DNA of 64,000 bases from Terriglobia bacterium (GTDB lineage: Bacteria > Acidobacteriota > Terriglobia > Acidiferrales > UBA7541), in contig OY968796.1 in NCBI GenBank assembly GCA_963695545.1, forward strand, positions 2,624,001 to 2,688,000, read 5' to 3'. Below the pieces are notes generated by a model, which worked only from the letters and a program-made list of their open reading frames with translations, made no database searches and was not told where the DNA came from. Positions 21,701 to 31,085 of this stretch are shown piece after piece. Position 1 is the first letter of the stretch. Every line of letters starts with the position of its first letter. The position numbers were made by a program, and so were the translations under genes.

Positions 21701-22501
21701 GGCGAGGGCTGGTACGACGCCTTGCAGGTCACTTTAAATTCACGGATGTCTCATGGATTGCAGTACCTGATTGCCTATACCTGGTCGAGGTCCGAAAGCA
21801 TTTGCGCAGACGAATGGTATGGCAACGGGTCCAACGGCACTTCGTGCGAAGACTCCGCTAATAATCCTGATGGCTTCGGGAATAAGGCCGTTTCAAGCTT
21901 TGACGTGCCCCAAATCCTGAGGGTCAGCTTCGTTTATCAGTTGCCCTTTGGCGAGGGGAGTATGCGAACGGGCAGCGGCATCGTCAACCACCTCGTCGGT
22001 GGCTGGCAACTTAACGGGATTGTGAGTTTCGCATCTGGCACGCCCTTTACGATCACGGCAAACAGCAGCGTGCTCGGCGACGGTACCGCGAACGTTTCGA
22101 GTGGTACCTCTTCTGTTTTCGAGCGAGCCAACGCTATCGCGGGACAAAATCCCGTTTTGACCAATCCCACGGTAGCGGAGTGGTTTAACACTTTGGCCTT
22201 TTCGCAGCCGACGTGTTCTACCTCTCAAGTGGGATATCCGAATTCGTGTTTCGGAGATATCGGCCGGAACACGCTTCGAGCTGATGGGAACAACGACATC
22301 GACCTCTCGGTTTTCCGTGATTTCAAGCTCTCCGAGAATAAGTTCTTCGAGTTCCGAGCTGAGGCGTTTAATTTGTTCAACTCGCCCATTTACGGACTCC
22401 CGAACGCCGGTGTCGGCTCGTCAACTTTCGGCACGGTCACTTCCATGGCTAACACTTACACCGCGCGGCAGATGCAGTTCGCCTTGAAGTTCTATTACTG
22501 A
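18725..22501 (+). CDS. TonB-dependent receptor (Oar-like, N-terminal carboxypeptidase-regulatory-like domain)
   Basis: GTVKDTSGAVVP, LPLNGRNFTQL, IQEFKV, VVTKSG, NQFGGSVGGP, PRIGLAY, FRAEAFNLFN and C-terminal RQMQFALKFYY. Confidence 0.93.
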   Translation: MSCSFSLRACTRTTLTVLLVFGSLAFVLGPRPALAQVSTATIAGTVKDTSGAVVPDAAVDLTNVATSVEQSTTTNDTGEYVLVKIVPGSYTLRISKTGFESELSPQLDLQVNQSLTLDFTLKVGASAEVVTVQGQATGLQTASAELGTVISKQAVDSLPLNGRNFTQLLDLTPGVSTVNVSQNSGNQQFDGNPVGQFSFPAINGQTNRSNLFLLDGLNDQESFESTYSVPPIIDTIQEFKVDTHNDQAAFGGVLGGVVNVVTKSGGNAFHGEGWEFLRNSFFDAKSPLATTNVLHQNQFGGSVGGPVILPKYNGRNKTFFYAAYEGARIHPLNTATDEIPTSAELNNYNFNSEESTIQIYNPWSTAASGARTPFECVGGVPVNPAANGTQSAAGQTPCNILPSIATNPTACAQTVSTGPNVPGCVDANMVKVTSAMYGGLLTSSGATVAGCNASVPKVDNFCPSPLTVQDPNSFTARIDEQLGEKDAIWIRYSYTNIPRNVQGPFYANLQEANLNSYDAKQLGASWQHTFGASSVLTMQFGRNYAFSKQPTLLPQSEATALNADGAYVPSWDCAFVGGGRPCYFNSVDTSTYTSFQEGEAPALLSNIWEGRSDFSFTHGRHTFSMGVDINTNGFQQTFNAADETEAPQQTASSSAGGAGGDAFASLLLGIPSGTTYRNEYETENDGWEYGLYFMDQWRPTDKLTLNLGARYDVSTVPKYGGLHANSPVGDMDADNGTYIIQSAAPNCGSTGGAAPCIPQNPPACTYTSASLQPSNLPCLPAGLTSSAGLIPNFVDISNDGYFWHTQYDNIQPRIGLAYRIGDKTVIRASVGRFFDNWASVLQTAQNQQGGWPQEGQFITSTNQGAAPPNVFVENPLLGANSSPAAVPFAQNNWYVDPNLKNPESWQWNFGIQQAVTSSTTLTVNYVGSHDVRLDVGTVGNEGLTPDATGVGIAATCYYEAPTTAGSCDPQVVQAQGTYAYPYLQTFHYDKSIGEGWYDALQVTLNSRMSHGLQYLIAYTWSRSESICADEWYGNGSNGTSCEDSANNPDGFGNKAVSSFDVPQILRVSFVYQLPFGEGSMRTGSGIVNHLVGGWQLNGIVSFASGTPFTITANSSVLGDGTANVSSGTSSVFERANAIAGQNPVLTNPTVAEWFNTLAFSQPTCSTSQVGYPNSCFGDIGRNTLRADGNNDIDLSVFRDFKLSENKFFEFRAEAFNLFNSPIYGLPNAGVGSSTFGTVTSMANTYTARQMQFALKFYY

Positions 22502-22530
22502 CGCGGACTCGATCGGTTGTTTGTTATGAC

Positions 22531-22565
22531 GAAGGCACCGCTCGCAAGAGCGGTGCCTTTGTTTT
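22531..22565 (+). terminator. Rho-independent terminator
   Basis: AAGGCACCGCTC-gcaa-GAGCGGTGCCTT followed by TGTTTT. Confidence 0.85.
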
Positions 22566-22709
22566 GGGAGCCATTCCGTCAAGCGTGTCGGCGCCGAAAC
22601 GCCGCGGCGCGGCGCCGCGAGCAATTCGCCAGCCTCCATCGCCGAAAGCCGATGCGTTATAATTCGCGTCGAACGGGCCGGCCAATCGCGCGGAGCGCAG
22701 ACACACGCC

Positions 22710-25382
22710 ATGTCGAATCAGCGGAAGTTCATAGTCGCCCGAGTCGGATCGCTGGGTCTGGCGCTGGCTCTCAGCACCGCCGCTGTCGCTCAGTCCCAGG
22801 CGAATCCACCGGCGGACCCGCCGTCGCAACCGTCTTCACAACTTCCCGCCGAATGTACCGCTCCCAGAGGATCGTCTGACCCGCTCGAACCTTCCATCCA
22901 AGCGCTCGGACCGAATCCAAGCGCCGCGGCGCTCGCAAAGCTTGGGAATGAATTTGGGCGCGCCGCGGATTTCAAGTGCGCCGAAGCGGCTTTTGAGGCC
23001 GCTCTCGTTCTTGATCCAACCGAATGGCAAACCCGGTACGATCTCGCTCTCGCGCTGATTGAAAATCACGAGTCCAGCCGGGCGGTTGGCGAGCTCAACA
23101 CGCTCATCGCCCAGCAGCCGAATTCCTCAGTTGCTCATAACGCGCTAGGGCTGGCGCTGCAGGCTGCAGGCCAATTGGACGCCGCCGCCGCCGAGTTCAA
23201 GGCCGCGCTCAGAATCGATCCGCACTTTGATCTGGCGTCCTACAACCTTGCGCAACTCCTGGCCTCTCAAAAGGAATTTTCGGCGGCGATTCACTATCTC
23301 AAATCGGCGCTTTCGGATTCTCCCGCGCCCGCGCCCGAACTCGCATTCAGTATCAAACTGGCGCTCGCCGCCGCCTATTCGCAGACTGGAGACTACAAAG
23401 ACTCAATTCCGATTCTTCAGCAGGCCGTCGCTGCTCACCCGGATTCGCGCGACCTCCACTACGATCTGGCCACCGACTATGCCGATAATCAAAGCTACGC
23501 AAAAGCCGCGGACGAATTTAAAGAGGCTTTGCGCTTGCAACCGCACGACGGCGCGGCGGAACTCTCCCTGGCCAAAGCCCAGTTGAACATGAGTGCCGTG
23601 GAAGAATCCATCCCTTATCTCGAAGATTACAACCAGCAAAATCCCGGCGATCCGGAGGGCACGGAAATCCTGGGCGACGCGCTGAAGGATTCTGCGCACC
23701 AGGACGAAGCGCTCCGGGTTCTCGCTCGCGCCGTGCAATTGAATCCGTCCAGTTACAAGTCGCACTACGACTTTGCCGTAGTTCTCAATCGCGCCGGACG
23801 CGACGACGACGCTATCCGCGAACTGCAAGCGGCCATCGGATTGAAACCCGATGGCGCCGAGGCTCGCTATCTGCTCGGCCGTATCCTCTCAAAGCGCAAC
23901 GATTCCGCGGCCGCAAATCAGCAATTTCAAGTCTTCGAGCAATTGAAGCAGAGCGACACTCACGGCGCCCAGGCGGCGCTCCTGAACAGCCAAGCGAACG
24001 AATTGCTGCAACAGGGAAAAACTCAAGCGGCCGTCGATGCCTACCAGAAGGCTCTGCTTCTCGATCCCAACGACGCGAGTATTCATTTCAATCTCGCGCT
24101 CGCGCTCGAAAAACTGGACGATTCTGCCGGCGCGGAGCGCGAGCTCAAAAAGGCCATTGAGCTCAATCCGAAATTCGATCAGGCACACACTGAACTCGGA
24201 TCCACATTCATGCTTGAGGGCCGAATGCCCGAGGCCGAGCGCGAGTTCCAGGCCGTAATTGACGACGACCCGCAATCGGCGCAAGCGCTCAACAATCTCG
24301 GAACGCTCTACGGCCGCGAGGGAAGGAACGCCGAAGCTGTCGCGCTGCTTCAGAAGGCTGTTTCACTCGATCCCCAATTTCTTCAGGCCTACGTAAATCT
24401 GGGATTGACGCTCGCAGCCGAGGGCGACTTTGCGAACGCTGAAGAACAATTTCAAGCCGCGCTGCGCCTCGATCCCAATAATCCGAATGCCTTGACAGCT
24501 CTCGGCATGCTTCAGGGAAAGACCGGGAAAGATCCGGATTCAGTCCAGACCTTCCGAAAACTTACCGCGCTCTATCCCGCGTCGGCCACGGCCCACGTGA
24601 ATCTCGGCATTGCCCTGGTAAACGTCTACGATCTGCGCGGAGCGCTCGCCGAATTTCAACAAGCCGCGCGCCTCGATCCCAATCTTCCCATCGCGCACTT
24701 CAGCACCGGCCGCGCACTCTATGCGTTGAACGAAATGGACCAGGCCGAGCAGGAACTCAGAATCGCGATTCGCCTCGCGCCAACTTATATCGACGCGATG
24801 TTTCTTCTCGGCGTAATCGAGCACTCATCCCCGGATGCCACCGACCTATTTCGTAAAATCGTCGAGCTACAGCCGAACAATTCCGAGGCGCGTTTCTATC
24901 TCGGGCGAGATCTTCTAGACGAGGGAAAACGGGACGAGGCGGTCGCGCAGTGGGAAAAGGCCGTCGAAGCCGATCCCGATAATCTTTCGGCTCTCTCGAG
25001 TCTCGCGCGAACGCTCAATCAAATGAAGAGTCCGGACGCCCCGAAATACACGGCGCAACTCGACGCCGTGCAAAAGCATTTGGAACTGACGGACCGCGTC
25101 CAGCGGCTGAGCAATTTCGCGCTGCAATCCGCGGACGACAACGACTGGCCGCAGGCCATCAGCCAGATGCAGCAAGCCATCGATCTGTGCAACGGTTGCG
25201 CGCAGCTCGGAATTCTGCGCAAGAACTTGGGCATCATTTACGCGCGGCGTGGCGATACCGATGATGCCAAGCAGCAACTCGAACTCGCTCTGAAGCTCCT
25301 GCCCGAGGGCGCAGACTCCGTCGCGACCTCCGAGGCGCTTCGTCGCTTGAGTCCCGAGACCACAACTCCAAATCAAAATTAG
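22710..25382 (+). CDS. Exported long tetratricopeptide-repeat protein
   Basis: Signal peptide followed by many TPRs (AHNALGLAL, ALNNLGTLY, AYVNLGLTL, AHVNLGIAL). Confidence 0.92.
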   Translation: MSNQRKFIVARVGSLGLALALSTAAVAQSQANPPADPPSQPSSQLPAECTAPRGSSDPLEPSIQALGPNPSAAALAKLGNEFGRAADFKCAEAAFEAALVLDPTEWQTRYDLALALIENHESSRAVGELNTLIAQQPNSSVAHNALGLALQAAGQLDAAAAEFKAALRIDPHFDLASYNLAQLLASQKEFSAAIHYLKSALSDSPAPAPELAFSIKLALAAAYSQTGDYKDSIPILQQAVAAHPDSRDLHYDLATDYADNQSYAKAADEFKEALRLQPHDGAAELSLAKAQLNMSAVEESIPYLEDYNQQNPGDPEGTEILGDALKDSAHQDEALRVLARAVQLNPSSYKSHYDFAVVLNRAGRDDDAIRELQAAIGLKPDGAEARYLLGRILSKRNDSAAANQQFQVFEQLKQSDTHGAQAALLNSQANELLQQGKTQAAVDAYQKALLLDPNDASIHFNLALALEKLDDSAGAERELKKAIELNPKFDQAHTELGSTFMLEGRMPEAEREFQAVIDDDPQSAQALNNLGTLYGREGRNAEAVALLQKAVSLDPQFLQAYVNLGLTLAAEGDFANAEEQFQAALRLDPNNPNALTALGMLQGKTGKDPDSVQTFRKLTALYPASATAHVNLGIALVNVYDLRGALAEFQQAARLDPNLPIAHFSTGRALYALNEMDQAEQELRIAIRLAPTYIDAMFLLGVIEHSSPDATDLFRKIVELQPNNSEARFYLGRDLLDEGKRDEAVAQWEKAVEADPDNLSALSSLARTLNQMKSPDAPKYTAQLDAVQKHLELTDRVQRLSNFALQSADDNDWPQAISQMQQAIDLCNGCAQLGILRKNLGIIYARRGDTDDAKQQLELALKLLPEGADSVATSEALRRLSPETTTPNQN

Positions 25383-25434
25383 CGAGCTCGGAAGTCGAAT
25401 TCGATTTTTTCTGCAGGAAATTCGCGCGCGCTCT

Positions 25435-27222
25435 TCATCTCGTCGGAGCTTTATCGCCCGTTCCCGCCGAAGGCTCCGTGACGTGCAGAAACTGATCGCA
25501 GTGAACATTCTGAAGGGTCTGCACGATTCCGCTCGGCCACCGAATCTCCACCGATTGCACGATGGATTCAGTTCCCAAACCGAAATGAACTCGCTTATCG
25601 CTGGCCGAGAGATAACTGCCAGTCGTGCTGACCATCGCGTATTGCGAGCCCTTGGCGGTCACGATTTTCACTTCCGCTCCGATCGCGTCGCGATTGCTCT
25701 TCGTTCCCTGGAGTTCAATAGTGATCCAATGATTTTTGGTCTCGGTTCTGTTCATCAAAATGTGAAGCGATCCGTCGTTCGTCGTCACCACGGCGTCGAT
25801 GCGGCCATCGTTGTCGATATCGCCGATGGCCAGTCCCCGGCCCACCCACGGTTTTTGAAACACGCTCCCGGATTCCGCGAAGCCGTGGCCGGTGTTGCGC
25901 AGCAGCATCATGGGCTCGCGATAACGCATACTCGGATTGGTCAGCTCGATCGTGTCCAAATCGTGTCCCTGCGCAATCAGCAGATCCTTCCAGCCGTCGT
26001 TGTCGTAGTCGATGAATCGAACTCCCCATCCGGAGTGAGCCATGGTCATGCGCGCGATGCCGGAGTTGTAACTGGCGTAAGCGAATGTGCCGTCGCCGTT
26101 GTTCTGATACAGCGCGTAGCGTTGACTTGCGAGATCCGTGACCACGAGATCCGGCCATCCGTCGTTGTTGTAATCCGCGAAATCCACTCCCATCCCCGCG
26201 TAGGTCCCCCCGTCGCCGTCGACGGCTGCTCCGGAGGGCAATCCGACTTCCTCGAACGTTCCGTCGCCCCGATTGTGATAAAGGAATTCCACCATCGAAT
26301 CGTTGGCCACAAACAGGTCGACGTGCCCATCGCGGTCATAATCCCCAATCGCGATTCCGAGTCCTTTTCCCGGTTTCGAGATGCCGATACTCTGCGAGAT
26401 CTCTTTGAAGTGTCCGTTGCCTTCGTTGTGGTAGACCAGCGGCGCGATCGCGGGAAACACGTCGGGTTGGCAGTATGCGCGATAGCCCTCTTTGTGCTCG
26501 CCGCACCAGATGTCGTCGAAGTCCCAATCGACGTATCGAAGTACAACCAGATCGAGCAGCCCATCGTTGTCCAGATCAACCCACGCGGCGCTCGTTGACC
26601 ATCCGCTGCCGCCGACACCGGCCTCCGCCGTGACATCGGTGAAGGTTCCGTTTCCATTGTTGTGATAAAGATGGTTCCCGCCATAACCCGTCACATATAA
26701 ATCCTCGTAGCCGTCGTTATCGTAATCGCCCACGGCCACTCCCATGCCGTATCCCGCGCCCGCGAGACCGGCCTTCTCCGTCACGTCCTCGAATGTGCCG
26801 TCCGGCTTCTGGTGATAAAGCCGATTCCAATATCGAGGCCCGTCCTTCTGCGGGATCGTGCCTTTCGGCGTAGGGTCACTCAGCGGCGCGCCGTTAACCA
26901 CAAAAATATCGAGGCGCCCGTCGTTGTCGTAATCAAAAAGCGCCACGCCCGCTCCCATCGTCTCGAGCAAATATTTCTTCGAGGTGTGCGAGGCGAGATA
27001 CTCGAAATGAATGCCGCTCGAGGACGTAACGTCTACGAAATTCCCGGGTATGTCAGCGTCCGTTTGAGGCCGCGCTTCCTGCTGAGACTGTTGCGCCGGC
27101 ACGCCCGCCACGGCCGCTACACAAAGCACGAAAGCCGATAAAACCGATTTTTGCATCATTGCCTGGGCGCCACGCGCCAATCCGCGAGGTGAGGCAGCCG
27201 AAAATAATTTGACCAACTTCAT
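25435..27222 (-). CDS. CRTAC1-family FG-GAP repeat / ASPIC-UnbV protein
   Basis: DYDNDG repeats, YLLETMGAG, SNRDAIGA, SYLSASDKRVHFGLG and IRWPSG; start uncertain (27159, 27222 or 27363). Confidence 0.9.
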   Translation of the reverse strand: MKLVKLFSAASPRGLARGAQAMMQKSVLSAFVLCVAAVAGVPAQQSQQEARPQTDADIPGNFVDVTSSSGIHFEYLASHTSKKYLLETMGAGVALFDYDNDGRLDIFVVNGAPLSDPTPKGTIPQKDGPRYWNRLYHQKPDGTFEDVTEKAGLAGAGYGMGVAVGDYDNDGYEDLYVTGYGGNHLYHNNGNGTFTDVTAEAGVGGSGWSTSAAWVDLDNDGLLDLVVLRYVDWDFDDIWCGEHKEGYRAYCQPDVFPAIAPLVYHNEGNGHFKEISQSIGISKPGKGLGIAIGDYDRDGHVDLFVANDSMVEFLYHNRGDGTFEEVGLPSGAAVDGDGGTYAGMGVDFADYNNDGWPDLVVTDLASQRYALYQNNGDGTFAYASYNSGIARMTMAHSGWGVRFIDYDNDGWKDLLIAQGHDLDTIELTNPSMRYREPMMLLRNTGHGFAESGSVFQKPWVGRGLAIGDIDNDGRIDAVVTTNDGSLHILMNRTETKNHWITIELQGTKSNRDAIGAEVKIVTAKGSQYAMVSTTGSYLSASDKRVHFGLGTESIVQSVEIRWPSGIVQTLQNVHCDQFLHVTEPSAGTGDKAPTR

Positions 27223-27420
27223 CACGCCGAACTTTATCTCTTTCGCGGGCCCGATACAACCTAAGTGCTTGAACATCAGTAGTCTACAACCAATCGAGAG
27301 ATCCGGGCCGGCGCGCTTCGAGGCTTGTTTTTGTGTTATTGTGTGGTGCTTGTCAGCCTCCAAAGGTTCCTCGCTCGGCTCGATGGGGAGAGGATTATTT
27401 TGGTCCGCTGCGTGAATAAT

Positions 27421-30093
27421 ATGCGCACAAAGTCCGCAGCCATTTGCGGTTTGCTCGTTTTCATCGGCCTAGCTGCCTTCTGTTCGCCTCTGTTCTCTCA
27501 AAATTCCCAAACCACGCAGGACGCCGGCTCGGTCGAGGTGCCCTTGCAAGTGATCGTGGTGCGCACTCCGGAGGAAGCGCAAGCCATCCTCGAGCGCCTG
27601 AAAAATGGCGAAGACTTTGGCGCCCTCGCCAAAGAAAATTCCATCGATCCAACGGCGAGTTCCGGCGGCTTCATGGGTTTTCTCGCGCCCGATTCGCTGC
27701 GGCCAGAATTGAGAGACGCCCTGAAAGGACTGGCCGCCGGTCAAATCACCGGCGTCATAGACGTCCCTAGCGGCTACGCCATCCTGAAAGTCATGGCCAA
27801 TGGAAGCAACGTCAATAGGTACAGACCCAGCGGCATGGGCGACGTCTCGCCGGATCTCGCACGAAGTTTTGATTTGGCTGCCACGGGCGCTGTGAAATAC
27901 GCGCCTCCTGTTGACGGTCTTGGCGAGATGGAAATCGTCCTTAGCCAGTTTCCGAAACCTCGCGGATGGAATGCCGATCCAGACACCGCCTGCGCGATCC
28001 GCAAGCAGTCCGTCGTTGAGATGATCGCCAAGCTCAGCAGCGCGCTGGCGCCGGAAAATCAGGCCGCTCTTTCAGGCCGCGCGCCCATTGACGTTATGCA
28101 GCTTCACGTTGGCCTTGCTCAACTTTATGCCTTTCAGGGCGACATGACGCCCTCGATTGAGCACTACGAGGCCGCGTACCGAATCGCGTTGTCCGACGTT
28201 CCGGCGGCGGTGCCTCAGGAGGAAGAGTCGTTGGGAATCGTGTATCTCCATAAGTCGGAAATGGACAATGACGTGTACAGTAAGCCTGGCCAGAAGTGTA
28301 TTTTTCCGATGCGCCCAGGGACCGCGTATGAGCACACCGATGATTCCCAAAAGGCTGTCGATTACTTCCTGAAATATCTCGAAACGAAGCCGGACGAATT
28401 GGAAGTTAAGTGGCTGCTTAATCTTGCTTATATGACGATGGGAAAATATCCTGGCGCGGTCCCTCAGAAATACTTGATTCCGCTCTCCGCATTTGAATCC
28501 AAGGAAGATATCGGGCGGTTTCTGGACGTGGCGTCGGCGGCGGGCCTCAATTCCTTCTCCGAGGCCGGCGGCGTGATCGTCGACGATTTTGAAAATAACG
28601 GCCGGTTCGACGTAGTGACTTCCAGCTTCGACAGTTGCAGCTCGCTGCGCTATTTCCACAACAATGGCGATGGCACCTTCACGGACCAGACGGAAAAATC
28701 CGGATTGTCCAAGGTGCTTGGCGGCCTCAACATCATTCAAACCGATTACAACAACGACGGCTGCCTGGATATTTTAGTTCTTCGTGGCGCTTGGGAATTT
28801 GCGCAACGCACCAGCTTGCTCCGGGGCAATTGCGACGGCACGTTCACCGACGTCACCGAGCAAAGCGGCCTGGGCAACGTGACGACAACGTCGCAAGCCG
28901 GCGTCTGGGCGGACATCAACAACGACGGATGGCTCGACCTGTTCATCGCCAACGAAAACGGCCCGAACGAACTTTTTCTCAACATGAAGAACGGTACATT
29001 CAAAGACATCGCGCTATCCGCGGGAGTCGCCGGCGACGGCACGGCGTATTCCAAGGGCGTTGCCGCAGCGGACTACGACAACGACGGATATGTGGATTTC
29101 TACGTCTCGAATTTAGCCGGCCCCAACTCTCTGTATCACAATAATCACGACAATACGTTTACCGAAGCCGCCGAGAAGGCCGGGGTGCGTGGCAACGGCA
29201 AAAGTTTCGCCACGTGGTTTTTCGATTACGACAACGATGGCCTCCCAGATATTTTCGTGACCAGCTATTTTGTTTCGGTCGACGAAACTCTCCGCACGTA
29301 TCTGGATCTTCCCCACAACGCCACGACCCTCAAGCTATATAAGAATCTCGGAGATGGCACTTTTCGCGATGTCACCAAGGAAGTCGGCCTCGACAAGGTG
29401 TTCATGCCCATGGGAGCAAATTTCGGCGACGTCGATAATGACGGCTATCCGGACATCTACCTCGGTACCGGAGGTCCGTCTTACGGCGCGCTCGTGCCCA
29501 ACGTCCTGCTTCGCAACGATGAGGGCAAACATTTCACCGACATCACCGCTTCGTCCGGCACGGGCGAGCTTCACAAAGGCCATGGCATCGCCTTTGCCGA
29601 CCTTACGAACACCGGAAATGAGGACATCATTGCGGAGATTGGCGGAGCCACGCCGGGCGATCGCCATGCGCTGCGCCTTTTTGAAAATCCAGGCCATGAC
29701 AACGATTGGATCGCCTTGAAGCTTGTGGGGGTTAAGACCAATCGCGCGGCCATCGGCGCGCGCATCAAAGTTACCGTGGAGAACAAAGGCCAGGTCGTGC
29801 GCTCGATCTACAGCACCGTGGGCAGCGGCGGATCGTTCGGCGCATCGCCGCTTGAGCAGCACATCGGCTTGGGAAAATCGGCCACGATCCGCAGAATCGA
29901 GATTTTCTGGCCGGTCAGTGGTACGCACCAAATTTTCACCAACGTGGCCAAGAATCAATTCCTCCAAATTACGGAACTGGCGGACAGCTACACGAAGCTA
30001 GACCGCAAGCCCGTACGCCTGGGCGGCCCGCTAAATACCGCGGCAGCCGTTTCAGCGTTGGCGACGGAAAGCCCCGCGTCACATCAGCAATGA
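27421..30093 (+). CDS. Parvulin-type PPIase + TPR + CRTAC1/ASPIC fusion protein
   Basis: EAQAILERLKNGEDFGALAKENSIDP..SGG.MG rotamase-like segment, helical region, FG-GAP repeats and TNRAAIGA...QHIGLG. Confidence 0.85.
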   Translation: MRTKSAAICGLLVFIGLAAFCSPLFSQNSQTTQDAGSVEVPLQVIVVRTPEEAQAILERLKNGEDFGALAKENSIDPTASSGGFMGFLAPDSLRPELRDALKGLAAGQITGVIDVPSGYAILKVMANGSNVNRYRPSGMGDVSPDLARSFDLAATGAVKYAPPVDGLGEMEIVLSQFPKPRGWNADPDTACAIRKQSVVEMIAKLSSALAPENQAALSGRAPIDVMQLHVGLAQLYAFQGDMTPSIEHYEAAYRIALSDVPAAVPQEEESLGIVYLHKSEMDNDVYSKPGQKCIFPMRPGTAYEHTDDSQKAVDYFLKYLETKPDELEVKWLLNLAYMTMGKYPGAVPQKYLIPLSAFESKEDIGRFLDVASAAGLNSFSEAGGVIVDDFENNGRFDVVTSSFDSCSSLRYFHNNGDGTFTDQTEKSGLSKVLGGLNIIQTDYNNDGCLDILVLRGAWEFAQRTSLLRGNCDGTFTDVTEQSGLGNVTTTSQAGVWADINNDGWLDLFIANENGPNELFLNMKNGTFKDIALSAGVAGDGTAYSKGVAAADYDNDGYVDFYVSNLAGPNSLYHNNHDNTFTEAAEKAGVRGNGKSFATWFFDYDNDGLPDIFVTSYFVSVDETLRTYLDLPHNATTLKLYKNLGDGTFRDVTKEVGLDKVFMPMGANFGDVDNDGYPDIYLGTGGPSYGALVPNVLLRNDEGKHFTDITASSGTGELHKGHGIAFADLTNTGNEDIIAEIGGATPGDRHALRLFENPGHDNDWIALKLVGVKTNRAAIGARIKVTVENKGQVVRSIYSTVGSGGSFGASPLEQHIGLGKSATIRRIEIFWPVSGTHQIFTNVAKNQFLQITELADSYTKLDRKPVRLGGPLNTAAAVSALATESPASHQQ

Positions 30094-31028
30094 GCGGAAC
30101 AAAATCGCGCCCGGCGCCCGTGTATCTCAATCGAGCGATGTTCCTCGCTGTCGCGCTTGTCTGCTTTGTAGATGCCGCATCGGCTGCACAGAATTACACC
30201 GTGCGCGGACTCGTGTTGAAGGTCGACAAGCCGAACCGATCCCTGGTTGTTTCTTGCGAAAGAATCCCCAACGTCATGAACGCCATGGTCATGCCGTTCA
30301 CCGTGCGCAGCGCCTCTGAACTCGATGGTTTGGATGCCGGAACCATGATCCAATTCACTCTCGTCGTCGACGGCGAGTCTTCCTACATCACCGCAATTCG
30401 CATTCAAAAATACGAAAGCGTCGAGGCGGATCCGTTAGGCGCCCGGCGCTTGAGCCTCATGGAGGAGGTGGCGAATCCCTCGTCGGCGCCGGCGCAGCTG
30501 AAGACCGGTGACGCCGTGCCCGATTTCTCGCTCATCGACCAGAATAGCCAGCGCGTGGCGCTCTCGCAATTCAAGGGCAAGATTGTGGTCATGACTTTCA
30601 TGTACACGCACTGTGTGCTTCCCAATTTCTGTTTTCGCACCGCCAATAATTTCCGCCTATTGCAGAAGCGCTTTGCCGATCAGTTGGGGAGCAACTTGAT
30701 ATTCATAAGCATCACCTTCGATCCCGAGCACGACACGCCCGCAGCCTTGGCCCAGTACGGCAAGACATGGAACGCGGATCCGAAGAGCTGGAAGCTTCTT
30801 ACGGGGCCTCAGGCCGAAATCGATAAGGTCAGCGGCCAATTCGGGGTGACCTACTTCGCCGACATGGGACTCATAACCCACTCTCTGCATACCGTCATTA
30901 TTACGCGAGACGGAACTTTGGCGGCCAATCTCGAAGGGAACGAATTTAACGCCGATCAGCTCGGCGACCTTGTGCAAACCGTGCTGGCTGGCGCGCGAAA
31001 TCCAAGCACCGCAAGCGCCGCGCAGTAG
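30090..31028 (+). CDS. CusF-like copper-binding domain + SCO1/SenC-family protein
   Basis: IPNVMNAMVMPF (CusF-like), PDFSLIDQ, FMYTHCVLPNFC, ITFDPEHDTP and HSLHT; ATGA overlap with upstream gene. Confidence 0.85.
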   Translation: MSGTKSRPAPVYLNRAMFLAVALVCFVDAASAAQNYTVRGLVLKVDKPNRSLVVSCERIPNVMNAMVMPFTVRSASELDGLDAGTMIQFTLVVDGESSYITAIRIQKYESVEADPLGARRLSLMEEVANPSSAPAQLKTGDAVPDFSLIDQNSQRVALSQFKGKIVVMTFMYTHCVLPNFCFRTANNFRLLQKRFADQLGSNLIFISITFDPEHDTPAALAQYGKTWNADPKSWKLLTGPQAEIDKVSGQFGVTYFADMGLITHSLHTVIITRDGTLAANLEGNEFNADQLGDLVQTVLAGARNPSTASAAQ

Positions 31029-31085
31029 AGCCAGAGTCGGCGGACGGTCAATTGCCGAATCGAATTTAATCGCAAGGGAGAGCCG

